A stretch of DNA of 64,000 bases from Octopus sinensis (lineage: Eukaryota): contig NC_042997.1 of assembly GCF_006345805.1 (NCBI RefSeq), positions 31,372,001-31,436,000 of the forward strand. The letters run 5' to 3'. The position numbers were made by a program, and so were the translations under genes. Shown piece after piece: positions 10,955 to 23,755 of this stretch. The first letter of the stretch is position 1, and every line of letters starts with the position of its first letter. The notes under the pieces are model-generated. The model ran no database searches, was not told the DNA's origin, and saw only the letters and a list, made by a program, of their open reading frames with translations.

Positions 10955-11945
10955 ACCTGAAGGCCGTGGAGTCTTTTTCTACTTTAATTTTTTCTTCGGG
11001 ATAATATTGAAAGGAGAGGGACCATTTGCAGTGAAGATATTGTATCGCAATGTTCTTACGTGATGTGATCTCGACCTTTGTAGGGAACGCATTGCACGGG
11101 GTCCTAGTCTTGGGTGAATTGTAAACATAATACCGATATCATTTAGATAATATTGGTGGAATATTTTCCACATGGTGCAAATAATATATCGCTTACGGCG
11201 GCGTTGTAGAGTATAGAGTTTCAGCTGTTTAAGCCGAGCCCAATAATCAAGTCCTGTCATGCCATTTTTTGTTTTTAGTGATTGATCTTTGTGGGGCTTC
11301 CATCCTCATTAAGTCTTGTTTTTTGTAGGGGGACTACAGTGGGCAGCAGTATTCGAGGTGGAGCCAAGCGAATGTGGAGAAGAGAAAGATGATGATTTCA
11401 TGGTCCCTAGATTGAAAAGTTCTGAGGATCCATGAGCACATTCTGCGAGCAACATCAACTTTTTTGCTGATGTGCACACTCCAGCTAAGACAGCTGTCGA
11501 AAGTTACACCTAAGTCTCTGATATTATCCGACAATTCAAGTAGGTCTCCCAATGGTAGTGAATATGGTTGTTTGAGTGTACCCTCTTTTCCAAAGTGGAT
11601 GAGCTCAAGCTTTTTCTTTTTGGTTCAGCTGCATAATGTTTTTTCTTGTGTCCACTGAGTTACTGTGCATAGGCCCGATTGAAGCATCTTACGATCATAT
11701 TCTCCCTTAATGCATTTCTGAAGCTTTGAGTCATCTGCAAATATTTTAATTCTGTTGTGTTCAATGGAATCTGAAATGTCATTGATATAGACAATAAAAA
11801 AAGTAGATCCAGCACAGTACCCCTTGGGATTCCGCTGATGACTTTAGCTGGACTTTTGAGTGGATGCCATCAACCATAACATGCTGGGTTCTGTTTGTTA
11901 GGAAATACCTAATCCATTGAAGTAGCTTTCCACCGACTCCAGTGT
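10955..11945 (-). mobile_element. CR1-group LINE ORF2 fragment (reverse transcriptase), decayed
   Basis: Minus strand: GKLLQWIRYFLTNRTQHV..SGIPRGTVL..FIVYINDI..KIFADDSKL..RDLGVTFD..LSWSVHI..HLEYCCPL..DYWARLKQLKLYTLQRRRKRY, with frameshifts. Confidence 0.9.
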
Positions 11946-12619
11946 TATATAAGAAATAAATGCTTTCTTTCTATTAAACAAAATGCTTTTAATTTGGGTG
12001 ACAGAAGGGAACGGAAGGTCCTAATAAAGTTCCATAAAAACTCTCTCAGTTGGTTGAATCAGGGCTATAGCAGGTGCCGCGCACTAGAACTGAACTGGCT
12101 ACTACATGAATGCAAGCGAGCTTCTTAATCACACACTCATGGCCGAAACTATGTGTTTTTCTGGTATATTTGTAATAGTTAAGTTAAAGTAACAATTATA
12201 TATCTCACTATTTCATCGGTCAGTTTATTGTCATTTTGTATTTGGATACATCAGAATCATTTTGGGACTAACAACACACTCGAAACTTATTTACATATAT
12301 ATGTGTCCATATACATGCATACCTATCTAATCTTTAATACAGTCAATAAATATCAAACTAAATTCATTCTTTCATTGAAAAGACTTCAAACTTTTCTACA
12401 GCTATGTTATCAATCTTAAGAAACACGAAAGCCAAATTACCGATCAACAGATTCAATTACATTACATCCACAGTCACGCGTGATAACGTGACAAAATGAG
12501 TAAGGTATTTAAATGAGATATAATGGCAAGTATTTCACGAGGCAATTTACTTATATCGGTACAAATAACTAAACTGTCGACTGCAAGGAATGCTTTAATA
12601 GATATTTAGACCTAATAAT

Positions 12620-12956
12620 GGTTTCAAATTTTGGTGAAGTTTTAGAGTAACCTATGTGCTCCTATTTTATCGACCTCCTTCAAAACTTCCATGCTTCCTG
12701 AGATTCGCCAACACTACATCTGATTTTCTCCCCTCCATACACACGCAAGCATGTATCTGACTCATACACTTTCACTTTCCAGACATTTGTACATTACTGC
12801 ATATGCTTTATACGCACTTTTGACAAGTTGTGGTGCACCTGAGCACTGTATACAATAATATCATTATTATTATTATTAAAGTCGACATCGGCGGAATTCG
12901 AACTCAGAGTGTGAACAGTCGGAAGAAATACAGCTAAGCATTTTGTCCGACGGTAA
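12620..12956 (-). mobile_element. SINE family C copy interrupted by a LINE 3' end
   Basis: TTTTATCGACCTC [insert] AAAGTCGACATCGGCGGAATTCGAACTCAGA matches SINE C on the minus strand. Confidence 0.7.
12678..12877 (+). mobile_element. 3' end of a CR1/L2-type LINE with (ATT)n tail, nested in SINE C
   Basis: ORF end FKTSMLPEIRQHYI*, short 3' UTR, ends ...GAGCACTGTATACAATAATATC(ATT)n. Confidence 0.55.
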
Positions 12957-13301
12957 GCATCTTGTAATCATAAATTCTAACATTGGTGCCAAGTCACCAG
13001 ATCTTAGAGGAGAGAGTTACTGTTGATTAGGTCGACCCAAGGATTCCAACTATTATTTAAGGATGAAAAGAAAAAAAATCAACCAGCAACAGGTTTTGAA
13101 CTGAAAAAGTTTAAAGGGGCATTACCTAATACCCAAACGATTTTGTTTAGCTCTCTGCCAATTTCATTATCTAGCAAACATATTTCCATCGAAATAATAT
13201 AAATACAGATTATCTATTTGAGAAAATAATATCAAAGATCTGGATTTGATCACACGATGTCCAGACTTGGAATATCATTATATATATATATATATATATA
13301 T

Positions 13302-13337
<36 letters not shown>

Positions 13338-13396
13338 CATACATACATATATATATATTATGAGTGTGTATATATAGATATATGCATGTATGTATG

Positions 13397-13430
<34 letters not shown>

Positions 13431-13553
13431 ATAGACTCTAATTATTGTGTTTTGTTATAGTTGTTCGTTCTTTTATTTAGTCCCAGCTGACTATGACTGG
13501 AAAAACCTGAAAAACCTATTATAAAAGATATTCCAAACGTGATCAGTCAATAT

Positions 13554-13625
13554 ATCTGTCACAGTATATCCAGGAACACATTTCTTAACATCTGTCACAG
13601 TATATCCAGGAACACATTTCTTAAC
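13554..13625. repeat. Exact 36-bp tandem duplication
   Basis: ATCTGTCACAGTATATCCAGGAACACATTTCTTAAC twice. Confidence 0.95.
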
Positions 13626-14224
13626 ATCTTATATGATGTTAAGATATTATTGACTTTAAAAAGATTTGGCTACCCATATTTGAAGACTGAGCTATGAAAC
13701 TTATTATGTTTCATTAATGTTTCATCAATTGCGCACCTTGTTTGCTAGCAAAAGTAAACATTAAAAAAATTCTATCATATAACTATTGCGGGGACAAGTC
13801 TTACGCAAACTTTTCTTCTGTACAACGATCTCAGCATTAAACCTGATCACAAACTCCTTTGTGTAGATAAGGTTATCTCTAAACATGAGTATCAGTCGAG
13901 TCCTATCTATGATTCACTGAAACTTATAAACGTTTACAACTCTTAGTTAGGAATATGGAAAGCACTGGTGAAGCAAGAAACTTCAGTACTCAAACCACGA
14001 GCATCCAAACATTTGTACTTGTGTGTTTTTGAACAAAACTAAGTATTCGGGTTACTGATGAGGGTGCGTTCATTCTTACCCCAGCATTTAGACAGCCTTA
14101 AAAAATATCTTATAGCAAATTTATCCTCTAACGTCTCCTCTGATCTAGCATTTTCCAGTTCTAGTTCTTTGTTAACGTAAAGCAGTTGCTCTTGAACTCC
14201 ATACTTCCTTCTAGTTCGAACTAT

Positions 14225-14322
14225 CTCTCTTTTACTCTCTTTTACTTGTTTCAGTCATTTGACTGCGGCCATGCTGGAGCACCGCCTTTAATCGAGCAAT
14301 TCGACCCCGGGAGTTATTCTTA
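14225..14322 (-). mobile_element. SINE family B 3' tail fragment
   Basis: CTCTTTTACTTGTTTCAGTCATTTGACTGCGGCCATGCTGGAGCACCGCC. Confidence 0.85.
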
Positions 14323-14324
14323 CA

Positions 14325-14383
<59 letters not shown>

Positions 14384-14549
14384 TGATGATGATGATGATA
14401 ATGATAATAATAATAATAAATAGATCTCAGACTGTTGATTTTTATCTACGAACTTTTATATGTTAAAAAAAGTGATAGCGGTTCGGCAAAAAGAGACCGA
14501 TAGAAAAAGTTCGTAGATAAAAATCAACAGTCTGAGATCTATTTATTAA

Positions 14550-14610
<61 letters not shown>

Positions 14611-14635
14611 TTATCATTATTATTATTATTATTTA
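14325..14635. repeat. Fold-back: (AAT)n - 44-bp arm - loop with SINE B fragment - 44-bp inverted arm - (ATT)n
   Basis: Arms about 14414-14457 and 14505-14548 are reverse complements, and the flanking triplet arrays are in opposite orientation. Confidence 0.9.
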
Positions 14636-14948
14636 TGAACTGCTATGGATTAATTTTTGTTCATATAGATCACCGCCATTTTCCTAAGATTCTGGATGAG
14701 CATACTGACAATTTCTGCTTGATCAGCTGACTAATCCAGTCACTATAGGCTTTGCTTACATTAAACCAAGAAAAGTTTTAAAATATTCAAATTATGCAAA
14801 CGGAATAGGCTCTCAATACCATTTAAAAATGTTACTATTTGAAAAAATTCGGTGGTGAGTGGCGGGTAAATATTAAGATATGCTGTGTGGTGTTCGACAG
14901 CAATAAATTTGATAGTGTTGTGTTCGTAAATGCAATATCCGTAACCGA

Positions 14949-15274
14949 GTGAGGGCGCGTGGCTTAGTGGTTAGGGCATTCGGCTCATGATCGTAAGGTT
15001 GTGAGTTCGATTCCCGGCGACGCGTTGTGTCCTTGAGCAAGACACTTTATTTCACGTTGCTCCAGTCCACTCAGCTGGCAAAAATGAGTTGTACTTGTAT
15101 TTCAAAGGGTCAGCCTTGTCACTCTCTGTGTCACGCTGATTATCCCCGAGAACTACGTTAAGGGTACACGTGTCTGTGGAATGCTCAGCCATTTGCACGT
15201 TAATTTCACGAGCAAGCTGTTCCGTTGATCGTATCAGCTGGGACCCTCGTCGTCGTAACCGGCGGAGTCTTTTA
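14949..15274 (+). mobile_element. SINE family A' (different tRNA head + CORE-like segment, same 3' half as family A) with 12-bp TSD
   Basis: A box TGGCTTAGTGG, B box GTTCGATTCC, GTGTCCTTGAGCAAGACACTT; TSD ATCCGTAACCGA at 14937-14948 and 15275-15286. Confidence 0.9.
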
Positions 15275-15811
15275 ATCCGTAACCGAAATAGCTAATAGAT
15301 TTAAGAACATTTTTCAAAACACTAATACAGATATTCAAGTTAAAGGACCTCACCAAGACAGACAAAAAAAAAGTAAATGCATTAATAAAAAACTAAATAA
15401 ATTCATCAGATCGATCACGTGCAAATCCTGGAAATTTGATAGGAGTACAAGTAAAAAGAATGGACAGATGTGTGTTATAAACATACTGTAAAGCAAAAGG
15501 AAAGCTACCGGTTAGGTAAGTAAATGTGAATCAATTATGGGAAGCTGGTCATAGTTACCTGGTCTGCTAGAGATAATAACGAAATCTCCCAAAAATTAAG
15601 TCTTTCGTTTTTTACCAAGTTCTTTCAAGCGAAACAGATAGCTATATGTTACGAATCATTAAATTTAATAAATAAATATCTATTCGGGGCATTTTACTAT
15701 CTTGAATACTTTATTGGATAGAGGTCGTTAGATTTCATTTGTAAGCTTTCATACACACATATAAGTACACACACACACATATATATAGTTATAAATATAC
15801 ACCATATATAC

Positions 15812-15911
<100 letters not shown>

Positions 15912-16081
15912 CATCTATGTGTTATATACGTGTGTGTATAACGTGTGTGTGCGTATGTGCATATGTATGTATATATATGCACATATACATATATAAATTT
16001 ATATACACGCGTATATCTATATGTAAATAGATATGCACACACACACGCACACACGCCTGCGCACACACACATATAGTTGTA

Positions 16082-16476
16082 TACTCTTTTACTTGTTTCA
16101 GCCATTTGACTGCGGCCATGCTGGAAAACCGCCTTTAATCGAGCAACTCGACCCTGGGACTTATTCTTTTGTAAGCCCAGTACTTATTCTATCGGTCTCT
16201 TTTGCCGAACCGCTAAGTAACGGGGACACAAACACACCAGCATCGGTTGTCAAGCAATGCTAGGGGGACAAACACAGACACACAAACACGCATATATATA
16301 TATACATATATACGACAGGCCTCTTTCAGCTTCCGTCTACCAAATCCACCCACAAGGCCCTGGTCAGCCCGAGGCCATAGCAGAAGACACTTGCCCAAGG
16401 TGCCACGCAGTGGGACTGAACCCGGAACCATGTGGTTGGCAAACAAGCTACTTACCACACGGCCACTCCTGCGCCT
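16082..16476 (-). mobile_element. SINE family B, full length
   Basis: tRNA-like head, CORE-like CACCTTGGGCAAGTGTCTT, internal (TA/TG)n, CR1-like tail. Confidence 0.9.
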
Positions 16477-16618
16477 ATATATATATACATACATACACAT
16501 TTATATTATATCCATTTATATATACTTGTAAATGTATGTGAGCATAATCTTATCTATTTATTTATTTATTTATTTCTCTCTCTCTCTCTCGCTCTCTCTT
16601 TCACAATATGTATATACA

Positions 16619-16852
16619 TCTTTTACTTGCTTCAGACATCTGACGGTGGCCATGCTGGAGCACCGCCTTTTGTCGAACAAATCGACTCCAGGACTTATTC
16701 TTTGTAAGCCAAGTACTTATTCTATCTGTCTATTTTGCCGAACCTCTCGTTACGGGGATGTAAACACACCAACATCGGTGTCAAGTGATGGTAGGGGGAC
16801 AAATACAGACACCCAAACATACACCTACACATATACACGCACACATCCCATC

Positions 16853-16892
<40 letters not shown>

Positions 16893-17107
16893 ATATATAT
16901 ATATGTATTATATATATATATATATATATTATGTATATATATGTATATATATGTACACGACGGGCTTCTTTCAGTTTCTGTTTACCAAATCCACTCACAA
17001 GTCTTTGGTTGGCCCGTGATTATAGTAGAAGTCTCTCGCCCAGGGTGCCACGCAGTGGTACTGAACCCGGAACTATTAACTAACCTTCTTACCACACGAC
17101 CACTCCT
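16619..17107 (-). mobile_element. SINE family B, full length with expanded internal (TA)n
   Basis: Homologous to the adjacent copy; internal microsatellite about 150 bp. Confidence 0.85.
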
Positions 17108-17178
17108 ATATATATATAGGTGTATATATATATATGTGTGTGTGCGTGTGTCTGTATGTGTGTGTGTGTATACATATA

Positions 17179-17242
<64 letters not shown>

Positions 17243-17906
17243 ATATATGTATGTATGAATGTACATTTATATGTATGTATTCGTTGATGTTTTTTCCCGG
17301 ACCTATTAACTAGCGTTTAAGCATGTATGTGTGCTTATGCAAATGTCGGTATATCTGCATGAAATCATTGGAATACATGTATGTCAGTTGTGTAGATAGA
17401 GAGTTGAAATTTTGTTGTATACTATCCTCAATGTTAAAAGAGTTCACATAGTGAGGGGAAATAATCATTGGCTTAATTCATTGATACGTAATCAAACGAA
17501 GCGTTAAGTTGGACTCCCGCAGAGACAGGAACCTATGTGAGTTGTTAGAATAATAGCAGTCATAGACATGACGTGATGCCAGAACAAGAGTAGTAGTAGT
17601 AACAGTAGCAGCAGTAGTAGTCGTAGTCGTGGTAGTAGTTGTTGTTGTTGTTGTTCTTATGTTGGTGCTAGTGGCGGTGTTAGAGTGAGATGATAAAACT
17701 ATGCTCATATGAGTAAACTAGTAAAAGCTTCTTTGACGGTCCATTTCGAAATATTCCAGTGAAGCGTACGGAATTTATGTCTATATAATGTAATATGGAA
17801 GTGACTGGCAATATCTTCAGCTTGAAAGCCAGTAGTAATGGAGTACGTTGTGTTAAACGGTTGCAAGGTTGCATGCTTATTTATGGTTGTATCGTGTGTG
17901 TGTGTG

Positions 17907-17937
<31 letters not shown>

Positions 17938-18066
17938 TTGTTTGTGTGTGTGTGTGTGTACATGTATATGTATATATATATGTTATATATATATATATAT
18001 GTATGTGTGTGTATATGTATATATAAATATATATGTATGTGTATATATATTTATATGTATGTATGA

Positions 18067-18097
<31 letters not shown>

Positions 18098-18192
18098 TAC
18101 ATATGCATATATACACACACACGCATACACATATATATGTATATATACGTGTAAGAGATGTATGTGTATATATATATGTATATAATTCTATG

Positions 18193-18246
<54 letters not shown>

Positions 18247-19229
18247 TACATATATATATGCATATATTTGTACATTCATAGACGTATACAGGCTACAGAA
18301 AAGAAGACTCAGTCCATAGAGTAGAGTATATATGCTTATAAATGAACTGCTGATGATTCGTTCTCTCAGTTACTCAGAGATTCATTCACACATGAAGTAC
18401 ATTGACGGATCATTCAGATGCCTCTCGGGAATGGACGTACTGCAACAGTTGGCTGTTGAAGTCCTTCGTTATTGGTCGCTTATAAGCTGGGTTTTTATTT
18501 GTCAGCGTACGTCATGTGATCAGCATTGTTTCAAGTAACTTGAACTGCTGTAGAAGGGAAACAAAGAACAAATTGAAGAGATTTGCCGTTGCTCAGCTAT
18601 TTAAGAGGGGAATATGAATGATATTCCACTCTTTCACTCACACATATAGACATACACACATACACCCACACATAATAACACGTACATACATATACATGTA
18701 CAACACACCTTTCTTTCTTTCTCTCTCTCTTTCTCTATTTGTCTATCTATCTCTATATTTCTCTCTATATATGTGTATGTGTGTTTTGTGGAGAGAGAGA
18801 GAGAAAGAGAGAAAGTGTAGTGTTTATGCATATATGAGTGTGTGTGTGTGTGTGTGTGCGTGTGTGTGTGTGTGTGTGCATCAGGGAATAAAGCCCTGTA
18901 CGTATTCCCTGATGAGAGGTAAACAAGCCATGAAACGGCCAGTTAGTAGACTCGCTCACTTTTTCAGTACATCAATGTGCAATGGCATAGAGAGAATGTG
19001 TTTACATTTGTATTTCCTCCACAGTGAGGCTTGTTTTTGTTGTTGTTGCTGTTGTTGTTGTTATTGTTATGTGTGTATGTGTGTATGTGTGTGGTGTGTG
19101 TGTGTGCATGTGTAACTCTCCTGTCGTAGACGACAAATGAAGATGCCACAATCCTATGCTGAATAACTGCCACAGATGATTTGTTTTAAAGTAATCGAAT
19201 GTTTAAGCTGTACATTAGCTCACTCCCTC

Positions 19230-19369
19230 CATCAGATCGACGTTACCCGAACAGGTGCTCAGTGCACCTCACGTCAGGTAACGAAGTGATCACAGAGCAA
19301 CGCGAGATGAAGTGTTTTGCTCAAGAATTCACGATCTCGTCATCGTAAGTGCAGAACCCTAACCACTAA
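19230..19369 (-). mobile_element. Diverged tRNA/CORE-type SINE head
   Basis: Minus strand TTAGTGGTTAGGG...CTTGAGCAAAACACTTCATCTCGCGTTGCTC, similar to the head of family A'. Confidence 0.55.
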
Positions 19370-19536
19370 ATATAGATAAATATGAGCTGGGGCTCATCTA
19401 AGTGAGGTATGTAGTTAGTGAGAGTGCAAAAGTTTTCAGTAGCTAGTCGGTAATAGGGCTTGAAGTTTTAATAAAATAAAAAATGTCCCCGGAATGGCCA
19501 GGTTTCAAATCTACTACACATAGAATATATAGAATA

Positions 19537-19960
19537 CAAGCAGTATCGCCCGGCGTTGCTCGGGTTTGTTTCAACCCTTTAGAATTGGAATTTTTGAAAA
19601 GTAAAACATTTGTGTTATGTAGCTTGTTATTCTCTTTTAGTGAACATATTTTTCTGGTTTAAATACACCGAAAAATGGCGACACAGCAGTCAAAATATCA
19701 TAAAAAATAGGGATTTTCATAGAAAAAAAGCACCTTTTTGATGTAAAGAATTTTTGGTGTTAACATGGTCCGATTTGAATTTTTTCTCCTACGGAAGGAA
19801 GAGCAAGCCTTCTTCTATCATACTCTCAATTTTGGTCAACTTGCGCCGCTGGGTCTCGGAGGAGATAGTGTTAGTTGAAGGCTACCAAACCTGCCATACA
19901 AAGATAACTTCAGCTTTATATATAGAGAGATTTATCACAATATGCAGCGTTTACCAAAAC
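19537..19960 (-). mobile_element. Non-autonomous Helitron
   Basis: High identity to 32130-32571; 3' hairpin CCCGAGCAACGCCGGG then CTTG|T (CTRR-like); TCTCTCTATATATAAAG 5'-type motif. Confidence 0.8.
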
Positions 19961-20792
19961 GTGCATCAAGACGTTTATGCGAATGTTCTCCTTTACAACT
20001 GCAAATATGAGATAAATATAACATGAAAGGTGTTTAAGATACTAGAAGTAATAGTTACTCAGTATTCTATTCAATATATAGATGTTAATATCACGACTGG
20101 GTCGTGTATGCCTCGATTTGGAACAGAAAAATGAAGGATGGAGTCATTCCATATATTAATGAGAAAGTTAGTGAAATATTTCTTTAGATTTCGCTAATGA
20201 AGAATATATTAAATTGGGGCACGTAAAGATAGACGCACAGCAACCTAAGCACTATGAATTCAGGTCATCTAAGGGAAGTATTTAAAGACTGAAAGTGCAC
20301 GTTGGCTCAAAAGGTAATATCTGCAAAAAATTTTAAATAACAAGAAGAATAAATAACAAATATCATACAAGAAAATACTGATTATTTATTACGCCCAGTA
20401 CAGTAATCGTGGCAATGTGGGAAAGAAGGTAGCTTCACAATCACATAGTAGTTCGACTCCACAGTACGATGCATTGGTGACAAGTTTCGCTACCCAACGG
20501 ACGGAATCTGGGCAGAAGTCAGTCGTATAAGTAAATCAAAGAGCCTCGTTGTGTGTACCGGTATATACTGGTGTGAATTCTAAGTATAGTGTGATAATAA
20601 TTAGGCCTGTAGAGGGGAGGTAAATTTCTAAAGGAACGTAACTCTGTTAAATTTACCATTCGATCCAGATGGAGAAAATATCAAACAGACTAGTACTAAG
20701 ATAGATATAATTACCTTAAAGCAGTCGAGGATTATGCTCCAAAATGGCTGCAGCTTAATGACGGTAACGAGCAAAAGGATAAAAAATTCACA

Positions 20793-20873
<81 letters not shown>

Positions 20874-21289
20874 CGATAGAGAGACATCTACACATACACT
20901 AAAATTTTTCTACGCCAATACTGTGTTCGTCTGTGACACATATATAGACATGCATACACACGAATATATATAACAAAACCTTAAAGTTGAACGAAATAAG
21001 AATATGAACAAATTCTTTCTATAGTTTTTCCTATCTGGGATAAGAGAGAGGCTGAAATTCCCCTAAAGAACCGATTTACAGTTTGCTAGCTTATCCTCAG
21101 AAAATACTACCTAGCTTTCTCATCTCTGCTCTGAAAACAGCATTAAACAACTACTATATAATGCAATCATAAGTTAAGCTAGTACCGTGGTGGATAGGCT
21201 AATTTGCATGTGTCCTTATGATTTCCTTTTCCTTGTGAACTATGTAAATGCATATTTTGTACATGCACACACATACACACACACTTACA

Positions 21290-21345
<56 letters not shown>

Positions 21346-21627
21346 TTAGTCTGTGGGCTTATGTGTGTCTGTGTATACAAATTTATGTATTTCGTATTTC
21401 CTACTTCTTAGACTGATTGTTATGAAGACGAGACAGATAGACAAATATTTACAAATAAATGGAGAGTGTATATCTCTAAGTATTTTCGCTTAATTCCGTC
21501 GTATAACTGTCTATTGTTTGTTTAAGAATATTTCAATCTACATCATGTATACTTTAAGAGGTATATATAAAGAAAAATATTCACTGGAATTTAAATTTGT
21601 CTCTATGATTATAGATTATATGATTAT

Positions 21628-22010
21628 AGTGGCTGTGTGGTAAGTAGCTTGCTTACCAGCTACAAGGTTCTGGGTCCAGTCCCACTGCGTGGCACATTGG
21701 GCAAGTGTCTTCTACTATAGCCTCGGGCCGACCAAAGCCTTGTGAGTGGATTTGGTAAACGGAAACTGAAAGAAGCCCGTCGTATATATGTATATGTATA
21801 TATACGTGTGTGTGTTTGTCCCCACCAACATCGCTTGACAACCGATGCTAGTGTGTTTACGTCCCCGTAACTTAGCGGTTCGGCAAAAGAGACCGGTAGA
21901 ATAAGTACTAGGCTTACAAAGAATAAGTCCCAGGGTCGATTTGCTCGACTAAAGGCGGTGCTCCAGCATGGCCGCAGTCAAATGACTGAAACAAGTAAAA
22001 GAGTAAAAAA
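21628..22010 (+). mobile_element. SINE family B, near full length
   Basis: Same architecture; tail GGCGGTGCTCCAGCATGGCCGCAGTCAAATGACTGAAACAAGTAAAAGAG. Confidence 0.9.
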
Positions 22011-22074
22011 AGAGAGATAGAAATGTATTCTGTACAAATAGGTACAGACATTGTATATAAATATTCAACACATA

Positions 22075-22420
22075 CACATAGTGCCAAAGATCCCAACCCA
22101 TGCCATCACGCTTCAGGACCAGTTCCTGCAACAGCCTGGGTTTCAAGGGCCCACAGCTTTTTAATATTCTCCCAAAGAGTCTGAGGAACTTGCACAAAGT
22201 AGATGTAGCGGTTTTTAAATCAAAGCTGGACATCTTCCTGTCAAGAGTCCCAGATGAACCTACCTCACGGCAAGAGGTGCAAATGAGAGTAGCTATATCA
22301 AACTCCATTCTTCACCAAGTGCCACATATTAGACGAGGTTCTTCGCAATAACAGTGTAGCACAAAACGGCGGTGCATCAGCATGGCCACAGCTCTGAGCT
22401 GAAACTAGAGTAAAAAAAAA
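22075..22420 (+). mobile_element. CR1-group LINE 3' end (ORF2 C-terminus + 3' UTR)
   Basis: NSLGFKGPQLFNILPKSLRN...FKSKLDIFLSRVPDEP...SNSILHQ, stop at 22351; tail GGCGGTGCATCAGCATGGCCACAGCTCTGAGCTGAAACTAGAGTAAAA. Confidence 0.85.
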
Positions 22421-22462
22421 TATATACATATGTATTAGAAATGTATATGTATTATATATAAT

Positions 22463-22513
<51 letters not shown>

Positions 22514-22641
22514 AATATATATATGCACATCCGTCCCCATATCTATCTATCTATCTATTTATGTATGTATGTATGTATGTATGTATGTATGTATGTATGT
22601 GGATGTATGTATGTATCTATCATTCTATCTATCTACATTAT

Positions 22642-22679
<38 letters not shown>

Positions 22680-23253
22680 ATATATATAATATATATATAT
22701 ATAATATATCTATATATATCTACCTGCATTTCGTCCACAAACACGTAGATGCTAAAATACAAATAGGCACTCATAGAAATACATCTCATATAGTCATCCA
22801 CAAATGTAAAAAAATTATACACACACATATATATATATATTCGTTTAACACACAAGTAAATATGCGTATACGTACACACACACTCTTTGCCTCTCTCTCA
22901 TGCAGACACACATACAGGCGCGCGCGCGCATAATCCATTTACCGCGACTTAGTCACTCTGTCAAATGTTTTGTTATTTATAGTTGATACTTTAGATCTAA
23001 TATTGTATGCATTTTTTCTTCTGTCGGGTTATTTAAGAGGAAACGCTTTAACTATGTAATACGGTGGTGTTTGGCGTGTATTGTCTCAGCTTTCGAAATC
23101 TCTTTCTATAACGCCATCTTTCTTAAATATAATACGTTACAGCAGCCATCTTGTATTTGTCTGTTTTTTATATTGATATTGTAAAAGAAGCGGAGAAAAA
23201 CGAAACTCAAATTGATAAGAATAGTGAGAATCTTGATACGGCAAGGCACCCTC

Positions 23254-23287
<34 letters not shown>

Positions 23288-23548
23288 CACATACATACAC
23301 ATATATGCATACGAACACACTCAGCTACGCATATGTATGTATGCATTTGCGTGCATGCATATGTGTATGTATATATGAATGTAAACGTATGTATGTACAT
23401 ATCTATGTAGTTATGTATGTATGAACGGATGGATAAATGAATAAATGGATAGATCTACGTACGTATATATACATATGTATATTCATGTATATATATGTGT
23501 GTGTGTCTATGTGCGTGAGTGTGTGTGTGTATGTACGTACTATACATA

Positions 23549-23589
<41 letters not shown>

Positions 23590-23701
23590 GCATATTACTT
23601 TTTATTTATATATATAGAAATATATGTATAATATATATATAATAATATATATATAATAGTTATAATTATATATATATAATTAGATATATTTACATACAAA
23701 T

Positions 23702-23755
<54 letters not shown>

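Noticed and set aside
18879-18945. Hammerhead-like CTGATGA...GAAAC with GGAATA/TATTCC stem
   Set aside because: Stem II is mismatched and the stem III partner is missing; at best a decayed PLE end.
23100-23155. Two GCCATCTT (YY1-like) motifs suggesting a promoter
   Set aside because: Short motifs expected by chance; no linked exon or transcript evidence.
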